From Blastocystis sp. Blastoise (taxonomy: Eukaryota > Protista > Bigyra: Opalinata), in contig JBBPEB010000017.1 of the NCBI GenBank assembly GCA_039096225.1, forward strand, positions 744,001 to 808,000: 64,000 nt of DNA, in the 5' to 3' direction. The translations under genes and the position numbers were made by a program. Positions within the stretch are counted from its first letter, which is position 1. Each line of letters begins with the position of its first letter. Below, piece after piece: positions 30,547 through 42,848 of this stretch. The notes under the pieces are model-generated. The model searched no databases. It saw nothing but the letters and a program-made list of their open reading frames with translations, and was not told the origin of the DNA.

Positions 30547-31851
30547 TTAATAAAAATTCTCCTTTAGTTGACTCTTCTTTTATTAAAAGGCTCATATTTA
30601 ATTAAAAGAATTTTAAAATCATTTTTGCTTTTCTCTAAGTTTTTAAATACAAAAAAATATATTTCTCTTGTATGAAACAGTATTGTGATTTTGCATATAT
30701 ACCATAATTGCTTATTTTATTATGCCAATATAATATTAATACAAATTAATTTAATAATAAGCTTTATTTATATTTTTAGTCTCACAAAAAATCATTTGAG
30801 TTTAATTTCTTATATTATTTTAATACAAAAACAGTTTTTTTGCTAATTCATAATATTATCTCTCCATTAATTGAAATACATTTTAAAAATAAATGAATAA
30901 CAATAATTTGAAAACTGTCCATACTTATTTTAACCAGATATTGTTTTGATTACAAGTTAGGTATCTATTTCACAGTGAACAAAAACAGCAGAAGCACGAT
31001 TTACAGACAATAATGAAAAATGTGATAAATTATTAATTAGAGTTATTACTTGTTTTTATTAATATATAAACTATTTAATACTTCCTTAAAGCATTATAGA
31101 CATCAATAAAATAAAATTGAATAAGGAATCTTAAAGAAAACAAGTGTCAAATCAAATGATGGATTGATCTTTGACAATTCCCGTGGTTTTGAGGATTCTT
31201 TTGAAAGATGTGTTTTCTTTCTGAAAATCACACAGTCACTTTTCTGGAACAAACTTTTATTTTCTTGAAAATAGCCTTTTAAAAGATAAGATTTGTTTTG
31301 GAGCACCATAAAAAACTAATTTAATATGCTTATAATTGGGTCCTCGAACACAAAAAACAGTAGAAGGTCAATAATCAACATAATCAATCATTATTTATTC
31401 ATGATAACATATTATTTTAGAAGAACTCACAATGAATAAATACAATATTTCATCCAAAAAAAAAATAAACAATAATTTCATTCATTTTTATGATAGAATG
31501 TTCTTAATTGAAAAAACATTTCATATATTCATAATTCCTTGAACTTCTGTATTTACTTCTGATTGATGATGATAAAGATATAATTCTATATAGAATTATA
31601 CGAACAAAACACAATTTAGATCGGTTCATCTCATTTCATTCCACCCATGTCGTCATAATCCATTTTTTAATACAAAATTCAGCGACTGAAATGATTGGCT
31701 TTTCAACTCAAATAACCAATAACGTTCCAATATAAATCGACTTGTTTTCTCTATATGATGACGCATACAACCTTCCCTGAAAGGGTAGGACTCAGAATAA
31801 ATTTGTCTATGATTTCACTTCTTTTTTGTTTTCCTAACAACCAAATTTAAA

Positions 31852-32522
31852 ATGAAGGGTATGTTGTGTTTTTTCTATATCCCTTATTGAATCTCTAGCC
31901 ATATTCTTTGCTCTCCTTGTCACTCTTGCTTTTTGCTCTCCTGTTACCATTGTAGACTGTGGTACTGCTGATACTATTGCTCGTTTCCCTAATCTTAATG
32001 TCACTGATATTAAACCTGGTAGCACTACTACTGTTCATACCAATCTTGGTAAATTAATCAAACCTCTTGAAAGTGGTTCTTCTTTCTTCGAAGGTTGGCT
32101 TAATGGTGGATGTCTCTATCTTCTTATAATGTGATATTTATAATTTAAATACTATTTTTAAAATATTTTATAATTCAAAATTATTGTATAGGGTTCTCTT
32201 GGTTCTCCTGTCCAATTCTGTATGTGCGGAGAATGTACTGCTGATTATGCTTTCGGTCTTGGTAAGGTTCATTATTATGGTCCTTCTTGCCCTAGAACTG
32301 GTGAATGGCCCGATACTAAGATTGATGTCAAGTTCCCCTTCATTCTTCTTCCTGGATATATATATATATATATATATATATTGATTATAATTCAGTTAAT
32401 TTTTAAAAAGTGTCGAACATTATTTTATTTTATTTTTTTAGGGTGATTATAAGATTGATGCTAGAGGTGTTACTGATGATGGTGAAGAAGCTTATTGTAT
32501 TCGTTTCACTTGGAAATATTAA
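31852..32522 (+). CDS. MD-2-related lipid-recognition (ML/NPC2-like) secreted protein, 4 exons, ~150 aa
   Basis: MKAIFFALLVTLAFCSPVTIVDCGTAD...IKPGSTTTV...LIKPLESG...CMCGEC...SCPRTGEW...VKFPFILLPGDYKIDARGVTDDGEEAYCIRFTWKY*. It has a signal peptide, the ML-type DC / P.G / CP / P..PG.Y / C pattern and strong T-ending codon bias. Introns 2 and 3 need GG donors (see findings). Confidence 0.75.
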
Positions 32523-32812
32523 TTTCTTTTTTTCATTCTATCTGTTTTATTCATGAAGCTAAAGCTTTTGTTTTTATTCGTTTGTTTCGTTATTTTATTA
32601 CATTTCTTAGAATTCATAATAAAACTTTAGTGAACAATCAGTAGAACAAGACATTTTAAAAACGTATATTGAAATGATATAATAATCGATTTATTTCCAT
32701 GTTTTTTTTTAGAAATTTCAAAAATACATTATTGATTGATACCTTTGAGAATTCTATATTTTTCTTTCTCTAAGCTTGCACTATAGAAGAAATAGATTAG
32801 ATATATATAAAG

Positions 32813-35434
32813 ATGTCAGAAAAACCATATGAATTTAAAGGATTAACTAATTGTAATGTTTGTCATCGAACAATCTTCCCTTTTACGGATGTGACTTGTA
32901 AGGAATGTGGATCTGTTGTTTGTAGAGATTGTTGTACATTTAAAGAAAAGGCTCCTTCTCTTCCTTTTTTCAATACGACACCATGTATTTGTATTACTTG
33001 TGAAACGAAATCTAATGTTAACAAGAAGCATACTCAATATGACAATATTCCATGGATTGATACTTTTCAAAGTATTTTTGTTTGATTTTTATTCTATTAT
33101 GAATCATTTTTATTTATATGTATATAGTTAAATCCATTAATTTTGGAAGTAATCCTTTTTATAACGAATTAAATACTCGTGCTTGTTGTGTATTTATTTA
33201 TATATTTTTTTAAATTTAATTTTTAGTTTCTATATTGATTTTTTCAATTATTATTATTATTTTTTTAATATTCATAATTCTGTTCCTATTCCCGTGATTA
33301 TAGATACCTGTGGATGGAGTTGATGAGTCTCTCTATATATATTATTCTAATGATATAGTAACTGCTATTACGTTATCTGATGTAAATAGTATATGTTATA
33401 ATGATATATTTACACCCATTCATCCACAAGATGGAATACCTTGTATATATATATATATATATAATTGAGTGAATAAGTTTATATATATATATTTTTTTAA
33501 ATAATTTATATCTATAATTGAGTGAATATTTATATATATATTATTTAAAACAATTATATATATATATTATTTAAAGTAATTTATATATATATTATTAAAA
33601 ACAATTTATATATTATTAAAAATAATTTATATATATATTATTTAAAATAATTTATATATATATTATTTAAAATTATTTATATATATTATTAAAAACAATA
33701 TATATATATAGATAAGACAGTATTCCTTCATTTACGATATCGTTTTATACCTCATCATCTATATACAGAAGAAGAAAAAGTATATATATAATAATTGACT
33801 CTATATATCAAGAATTCATTATGTATATAATTAATTATTATATATAGTCAAAAACTGAAGTATATTTCTCTCGTCCTGTGACTCCATCTCTATATATACA
33901 ATTATTAACAACATATAAAGATTCTCTTCCTCTTCTTCCTATATCTGCAAGAAGAAGTGACCGTGATTTAGTATACCCATTTCTATTAGTATATTATATA
34001 CTACTTATTATTCGATTTAATTGGATTTCATCATCACAATCATTCTTACAACAATTCTATGCATTTATCGTTCTCTTAGTACTGGTTATATATCCTATAT
34101 ATATATTATTATATATATATAATTATATTTTCATTCTTTATAATCCATGAATTATATATATATATATATACATATATATTATATTCTATTATTATTTTAT
34201 ATTATACCTTAATAACTTTACGTTAACATTTTATAATATGTACAAAGAATTCAACAAATCATTTCTTCTCAAATTACGAAAAACCCATGACGCGTATTTA
34301 TATTTGAAATGTATAGGTATATGTTATACTCCTCCTCTTTCTACTTCTTATAAGCCAGAAATAACTACGGATCTTAATATGGATACTGCTTCAAAACAAT
34401 TATTAAAACACTCTATTGTAACTCATTTAAAAACAGAAGTTCAAAAGAATAAAATTATTACTATAGGAAGTCGATCTACATCGAATGATTCTTCTCTTTC
34501 TTCAGACGTTGATTCTTTCTATTCTCCTTCTTCCACTCCTAATCATTCACCACTTCTATTCACATCAACAAACAATCAAAACGATCAAATGAAATCATCT
34601 GTAACGAAAACATATAGCATTTCTTCACCCATTCAACAATCTTCCCCAATTATTACTCCTCTTTCTCTCTCTCCCATTCTTATCCCTAAGAATAATAACA
34701 AAGATAATAATAATAAAGATAAGAATAATAAAGATAATAATAATAAAGATAATAATAATAATAAAGATAATAATAATATTCCTTTGTTAACTCTATCTGC
34801 TCCTACATCTGATGACTTACCTAGCGTTTCCTCTCCTCTTTTCTCTAAATCTCAACCATTTCCTGTAATATCTTCTAAAGATACTAATACTGCTACTAAT
34901 AATAATACTATTACTACTAATAATACTACGTTATCATCAACACTTCCTTCTATTTTACCTTCATCGACTCCTCGTTCTAGACGTACTTCTTCTACTTCTT
35001 CTATTCCTTCTCAGACTATCCGTGTTCGTAGACCTACATTACATGCTATATTCTCTCAAACGGACTCAACGCTATCCCTAGACTCACCAGAGGAACTCTT
35101 AAACCCTCAAACCCTCATACCATTAACAGAAAACCCTCGTTTATTAACGAATCCGAATATAAAAGAAGAAATAAGTCAAATAACACAACAGATAATGGCA
35201 ACCCAATTTAATGAAATGCATTCACTTGATACAAGTATACATACAGAAGAAGAAGGAGAAAGTGAAGAAAAGAACGATAAAAATATAAAAAAGAATGAAT
35301 TACAAATATCAGGATTCGATTCACCTCTAAGCAACACAAATAGTGTTCAATCATGCCCCTCTCCTAGTTCTACAATGCGTCACCGAAAAACAACCGAAAA
35401 ATTCCAAAAATTAATCTTTCAAAAAAAGAATTAA
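32813..35434 (+). CDS. FYVE-like zinc-finger protein with hydrophobic (probable TM) segments and a Ser/Thr/Asn-rich tail
   Basis: CNVC..CKECGSVVCRDC..CITC gives the 8-Cys FYVE spacing. Exons join in frame through GT-AG introns and one AT-AC intron into the 34238-35434 ORF. Confidence 0.7.
34090..34221 (+). other. U12-type AT-AC intron in the FYVE-like gene
   Basis: ATATCCTAT...TACCTTAAT-aactttAC. Removal joins GTT AT|G TTA ACA in frame with the downstream 398-aa ORF. An alternative in-frame AC lies at 34227. Confidence 0.75.
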
Positions 35435-36290
35435 TTCTCTATTGAATAATTTTATCTACAAATAATAATCATTCATTATCTATTTTTTATTTTTACTTAT
35501 ATATATAATAATATTATCTCTATTTATATTGTATGTATGATTCTTCATTATATATTCTAATGTTTTTTTTGCTACTTCTTTAGATTTATTAATGAACGTA
35601 CTGTATTCTATATATTTACTGTCATTTATATTTAATTTTTTCCTTTTTTTTTTGTTAGTTTCTACTATTTGTTTTGTTAATTACATTTTTTATATACTTA
35701 TTCCTTTTCTATAATGTATATACAATGTTAGAATCATTTATCTATATATATATACTATATTTGAAATTTAATAGAATTCCATTTTTATATTTTATTACAC
35801 TTTGTTTTATATGAATATTATACTATATATTTTGCAATGTTAAAATATTTTGTTTTTTTAATTATAAAATATAGTTGACCATTATAATAAGATAAGTATA
35901 TAATTAGAAAGAAAAGAGTTTTGAAAATAAACAAAACACACAATTAGTAAAATAAATGATTTATATATAAAAACAAAACATACGAAGAAAAAACGAATAA
36001 ATATATATATATATATAAATAGATCGAATATAGGTTTATAAAAAAGACAAACAATAAAGAAAAAAAAGAAAAAGAAATATTCAAATGAAATCATAAATAG
36101 TAGTAAAAAACAAACGAATAAAATTATTAGGATTTTAACAACCTTTAGTTAACAAAGGATTAAATAAATAAATTTCTATATGTATATGTATATATATATT
36201 AGAAGAGTATAATTATCATATATACATATATAAAGGAGAATAATAAAAGGTAGTACCATTGTATAATGTACGTAGACGCAGCATGCGTCA

Positions 36291-36432
36291 TTAAAGATCG
36301 GGATCTTCGACTTCATTTGGATTTAATAAACCGGGAACCATCTTCTTTCTTTCTAAATCTTCAAGTATTAATTGTTGTTTCATTTGTTCGTTTTCAGTGG
36401 CGAAGAGAGCATCACGATTATTCGAGAATTCC

Positions 36433-36506
<74 letters not shown>

Positions 36507-37798
36507 TTAAGTATAATAAGTATAATGAAAAAACATTAACTATATACCTTTAATTGAATGAGGAAATCTCTCACTACTGTACGGAAATTTATTTCTGATT
36601 TCTTATAGGTTGATCCGACATTCGAAAGGAATTCGTTCACGTGATTGGGGGATATATTGGGGAATGCGGTGGTGATAATTGTAAAGATATAGTTCGCCGT
36701 ACCAACATCATTGGGAGTATTTTCAAATAAAGGTACTGTTACATTTCCTGAGAGAATAATTGTGAATATAAGTTGTAGAAGTGAACATTGAAGAGCAAAC
36801 GTACCAATATGCATACGATCGGTTAATACATACCTATATATATACATATATTATTATATTATAGTATATATGTATTATATTATATTATATTATATAATAA
36901 TAATATCTATATACATTGTTTCAGCAAGGATATTAATAAGGAAGTTCTTATAGAATGGTTGTCGAACTTCGTCATTTGTGTTCCTGGCTTGAGTCAAGAT
37001 TTCTTGCATTGTCTTTATACTCTATATAATAATAATAATAAGTATAATATATAATAATATATAAATACAGTTTCACATATTTCTCGACTTGTATGTTTAA
37101 ACCCCCAAATGATACTACCAATCAAAATGTTTTGTTGTTCGGGTGCATAATCGAATAACTTATCGAAAGAGTATTGAGAGAGTGCGGCTAACAAGTTGTA
37201 GAATTCTAATCGAATTTCAGGGAAATCTTCAGTACTGGAAGTAATTAATGATAGTGTTCCACCGTACACTGCGTCTAAGAGAGGCGTCACTAAATGATTT
37301 ATATTACCCTATATATATATATATATAATAGCGAATATTATTAATTAATATAGGCTAAAATAATATATATATAATATATACATGACATTTAGTAACAACA
37401 AGAGTTAAGAAAGAGAGCATTTCCGAGTCTTTCCCTATGTTAGGCATATCTCTATAACAATTCAATGTCATAGGAACAAAAGTATCTAATAACTGTTGCA
37501 CGGTAGCATCATTCTTCTTACATTTATCGATATACATCTTTATATAACGAAGTATCTCTCGATTGACGTTACGCATGTAACGGATGACCACGTGACCAAT
37601 AGCAACAACTCCTTTTTCATTTAAATATATCTGCATATTTTCACTATAAAACTTATAGAGATCACATAATTGAGAGAAATGAAGACCCAATTGGTTAGTA
37701 TAGGAATCTCCTAAGCTCTCTACCATGACCGTGTTAAAACGAATAATTTGACGAAATGACTTCATCACCTCGTTATCCTTCAAATACTCACTATTTAC

Positions 37799-37873
<75 letters not shown>

Positions 37874-39847
37874 TATATATACCTCCAGCTTGTTGAATCA
37901 TTTGACTCCATTGTTCATTAAACTTACGCATGCATATATCAATATACTTCAGTTTAATTGATTCTTGTGAGCAGGCCTTGATAATAAGAGCAATGCTACT
38001 ATAATATCGTTCCATCTGAATGGGTTGCAAGGCTTGACAATAATCATCAGTATGTTGTAATATATCCTCTATAAACGGAATATCCTTTGTCTTCTCCTTA
38101 TTCTCCTGAGGGATTATAAACTGCTTCGCACACTTCTTCACTACTTTATAAAACGTATCACATGCCATATCTTGTACTCCGGGATGTGTTTCGTGCATAA
38201 AATTAAACGTTTTCAGTACAACCGTACGAAGGAACGTCCAATGAGTGTTCAAGAAACCGGGATACATCTGAATGACGTACCTATATATATATATATATAT
38301 ATATTAATCATGTAAATGATATATAATTCTATATAATAATAATAATAATAATAGTATCTAGAAATAATATCTTATATATATACATAACACATGCAGCAAC
38401 AACAGCTTTATCATCTTTAGTTACTTTATCCACACATAATCTCAATAAGTCACTTAATATAGCAATAAGAAGTCTCTTTTCGGTATTATGATCCGTGACC
38501 CCTGAAATAGATCCTACCGCCCAACTGAGGGTTTGGAGGGAATGACGGAAGGGGTCACTTGGGCCTAAATTCATCTATAATATATAATAATATATATATA
38601 TTATTATTGTATTATATATAAATAATATAAAATATAAATGAACTCAAATAGATAATATATATATATATATATATATATATACTTGTATTTCCATTTTCTT
38701 TAACATAATTTGTTCTGTATTATCATAATTTAAATGTGTTAAGAATACAAGTGTTTCTTTCATCTGTAAATATAAGGCGATCGTATCCGTATCTTGACGC
38801 TCCTCTCGGACAACCTCTCCGTCATCATTTTCAGCCACTAATATCTCTTCAGGCTTAGCCATATGATCGATTAAGATCTCACGGATTTGGGGGAAAACAT
38901 CTTTATAAATACCATCGTTATCTTGAGAAACAGCACTTACAAAGATAACTGGCTATATAGTATAGAATAATAATAATAATAGTATAGTTAATAATAATAT
39001 AAAATAGGAATTAGAATAGTATAAAATAGAAATTATAATAGTATAGTATTAGAATAGAATAGTATAGAATAGAAATTATAATAGTATATATATATATACT
39101 TTGCTTTTTGATTCTTGGTTATAAACAGCTGAAGCGATATTATTATAGAAGGTGACACATAATTTGAGAAGCTCTGTTTCTGGAATAACACTCAACATAT
39201 TTATATAACGAATAGCAAATAATAATAATCTATACAAGAATATACATATTATATATTATATATTTACATAATAAATAATAAAATACTATAATAAATATAT
39301 ATATATAATCTCATAACTATATAAATAAATATATATATACTCTGTTTTGTTTTGAGAGATCAGCATGTCTCTGTGAGTGGCAATAACCGTAGTTAAAAAC
39401 ATTGTAATAGATTGAATGAAATAGATTTCTTCTTCAGAACAATTCATATAGCTAGACGCAAGACTATCTGTTAAAGGTAAATGCTGCACCTATATATATC
39501 GTTATATTAAATAGTATAGAATAATAATAGTAAATATATATAGTTATATTAAATAGTATAGAATAATAATAATAAATATATATAGTTATATTAAATAGTA
39601 TAGAATAATAATAGTAAATATATATAGTTATATTAAATAGTATAGAATAATAGTAAATATATATCGTTATATTAAATAGTATAGAATAATAATAATAAAT
39701 ATATATAGTTATGTTAAATAGTATATAATAAGAATACATAGTATAGAATAATATATATATACAAGTAATTCCATATATTTAGAGATCCATGTACATATAC
39801 GAGCGGGGAATTGCTTGGATTTCTCAGAGTTAAATATATCCATAAGA

Positions 39848-39911
<64 letters not shown>

Positions 39912-40472
39912 TTTAGTAGCTGTACATCTATATTGAGGGAAAGCGAAGTATTGAAGTAAGTTGTCGACTACTTCTGTTTCATATATATACTTACTATCAA
40001 TATAAGGAAGAAGAACACGAATGACATCGATAGCATTGATTAATAGAGAAGGACGATTACTATTGGCAAACGCAAACAAACATAACTATATATATATATA
40101 TATTAATATATATATATATATTAATACAAATTGCTAATAATAATATATATATTCTTAAAATACTATAATTTATCCTCAGTAATATATATAAATATGTATC
40201 TTAATAATATTACTAAGTATATCTATATATATATATATATATATACATCAAAGATAGCCCCTAAATCAGTTTTGAGTTCAGTCTGTAGCTTTTCGCTTCT
40301 CTGCGAAGTCAGAGATTCTTGATTATACTGGAAGACATCTTCAACAAGTAATTTGAGTATAATAATATTATTATCACATAAATCCTCATTCACTTTACTA
40401 GATCCCACAAGATCAGAGACGAAGGAGGGCCAGTTATCGGGCCATTCCTTCTTTAATATCTATATATATACA

Positions 40473-40516
<44 letters not shown>

Positions 40517-40996
40517 GTATAATATATATATAAATACTTCAATAAGAACAAGATTCCATTTGGAAATAATAGAGGGATCTTTCATAGGACCAGTAGCAGA
40601 GGAGGTAATCTATATATATATATAATATTATTTATAAATAAAATATATAAAAAATACAGTAATAATATTTTGAACGGTTCGATCTTTAATAGTATTTCGT
40701 TCTTCAACAGGAACCATATACCATTTATATTTAACAAACTCTTCAAGAATATTTAATCCATAGAATATAGAATATTTATTTTGACACTTCTCAACGATAT
40801 CGAAGACTATTTTCCAAACACCCTCTTTTTCTCTAAACTCATGAACGAATTTACTAGCGGCAGCATTCTATATAAACTATAAGAGATAACTTCTAGAGCA
40901 TCATACATTTGGGTCCTTCACATTGTAGAAAGCAGAAATGGCAGAATCAAATAATTGAGAATTGAATGGCAACGAAAAATCAAGTAAGGCTTCCAT
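36291..40996 (-). CDS. XPO1: Exportin-1 (CRM1), multi-exon
   Basis: MEALLDFSLPF..., ILKKEWPDNWPSFVSDLVGSSKVNEDLCDNN, MAKPEEILVAENDDGEVVRE, LYLQMKETLVFLTHL, LSWAVGSISG, DLLRLCVDKVTKDDKAVVA, FMHETHPGVQDMACDTF, WGFKHTSREI, VRDFLIQLKEF, GLLNPNEVEDPDL*. All checked introns are GT-AG and in frame. Confidence 0.96.
39491..39725. repeat. Intronic ~42-bp minisatellite, about 6 copies
   Basis: GTTATATTAAATAGTATAGAATAATAAT.. recurs at 39501, 39543, 39585, 39627, 39666 and 39708. Confidence 0.9.
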
Positions 40997-41152
40997 TGTT
41001 CTTTTCTTGTTCTATGATATATGGGTACAGGTGAACAGAAATAAATATTTATAAATATACGTTAAAACCAGTCTAAAAATAAATGTTTCACAATTCTACA
41101 TATAGAAAACGTCTTTTTAATGGGTTTTGGCGTGAAACCAGTTAGAAACATG

Positions 41153-41294
41153 GGGATAATTTATGCTCAGCATAGTATGACGAAAAAATTCATGCTCAGC
41201 ATAGTATGGCCAATAGGCTACCCGCCTATTGGCCTGGTCTACTATGCATACTCTAAAGAAAACACCTTCTACTATGCTGAGTGTGAATTACGCC
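41153..41294. mobile_element. 142-bp MULE-like MITE with 10-bp target-site duplication
   Basis: TAGAAACATG flanks both sides (41143-41152 and 41295-41304). The 25-bp TIRs are GGGATAATTTATGCTCAGCATAGTA and, reverse-complemented, GGCGTAATTCACACTCAGCATAGTA (20/25 match). A perfect central 11-bp hairpin reads GGCCAATAGGC-taccc-GCCTATTGGCC. Confidence 0.8.
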
Positions 41295-41678
41295 TAGAAA
41301 CATGTTATTATTCCCGTCGTTTTTTAATTCTTTTGTGTAGAGAAAAAAATATTTTTTTTCATTCAGCTTATCGTTTGCATTGTCTTAAAAGCTGATATAA
41401 ATATAGAATACATAGTAGATTGTATTCATCTTTATATTCTTGTCCATAGAAAAATGAAAAAAAGTAGGAATTTTTCTACTTATGACGGATAGTATTCAAA
41501 TAGTATGTCGTTTTCTTTTAAACGATACTTAGTTATAAAACCAAAAAATCCTCATATTGATAACAGTAGAAAAAACAGAATATTTAATAAAACAGAACCA
41601 CTATTAACAAAAGTTTTTTTAATCTTAATCAAATCATGATCAGATAACGCACTAAGGAATTTGAATTTGAGTATATTT

Positions 41679-42848
41679 TTATTGAGATGGTTTTGTTTGT
41701 TTTTGATCTTGATGTTGTTTCAACAATTGATCAGCAAACTTCTTAATAAAATAATCGGTTTTATCTTGGTCAAGTTCTTGAGACCATTTGGGTTTATAAT
41801 TCAATTGAATATCTCCCATAGTAGATTGAATCATTTTACAATGTTCTATATATATATAGTTATAGAATTTATATTCAAGAATTACCTTTAGATAATTGAA
41901 TAGGTTTCTTTCCTATATATATATTTAATATGCTATTGTATTATATATTAATAAAAAAATAAACCATATAAAAAGACTAATTTTAGTATATATACTATTT
42001 TCTTGAGGTATATTATTCTCTGTTTCCTGTTCATAATTATTATCATTTTCTTTGGTTTTGTCGTTACTTTCTTTAGTTTGACATGAATTATCACTTGATT
42101 TGTTATTATTTATTGTACATTTAGATACATCTTTTGCTACATTTTTCTTCTTTTTATCTTTTTGTTTTTTATTATGAGATTTCTTATTTTTCGATTTTTG
42201 AGGTTTAGCTGTTAAGTTATAATCATCAATATAAGAATTGATAACATCATCCTTAGTGTTTTGAATTTTTTCTTCTTTAGATGGTGACTCGATTTCATTT
42301 TTATATTGAGAAGCTATAGAAATAGAGGTAGAATTTTCTTTCAAATACTTTAATACAAATAAAATACACATAAATAGTATAATAAAAAAATATTATAATA
42401 AATAATATAATATAACACAAAAATTAATAAACAATAAAACAATAAATTATATAATATAACACAAAAAATTAATAAACAATAAAATAATAAGCATTAAAAT
42501 ATACGATCTTCCTCTTGATGTTTGGCAGTAATTGTTTTAATGTAATCTTTATCTAAAGATCTTAGCTGATAATTAACAATATCCATATAATTGTCTGGAA
42601 GAATGAATTCATCAGGTTTCAATGTTTCTTCTGGATCTTGATCATCCTCACTTTCTTCCATTGGAATGGGTGCATACTCATTTTGAGTCTGATTTTCTTC
42701 TTGTTCTTCTTCCATCTGACAATAGCAATCTTCTTCAACAATTTCACTACAATCTTCTAGAATAAAAGAAAATATAATCGCAATCACGTTTTTCATAATA
42801 ATAGATTTTATTCATTTATATATTTTTTCTAATTTTACCTTGACTCAT
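41679..42848 (-). CDS. MEA1 (male-enhanced antigen 1)-like acidic protein, multi-exon
   Basis: Acidic N-terminus with EYAPIP. The C-terminal IQLSKEHCKMIQSTMGDIQLNYKPKWSQELDQ resembles the MEA1 motif (M..EH...VK..M..V.L...P.WA.E). One acceptor near 42340 is uncertain. Confidence 0.55.

Noticed and set aside
39491-39725. CRISPR-like array
   Set aside because: A tandem AT-rich minisatellite without unique spacers, inside a eukaryotic intron, with no cas genes.
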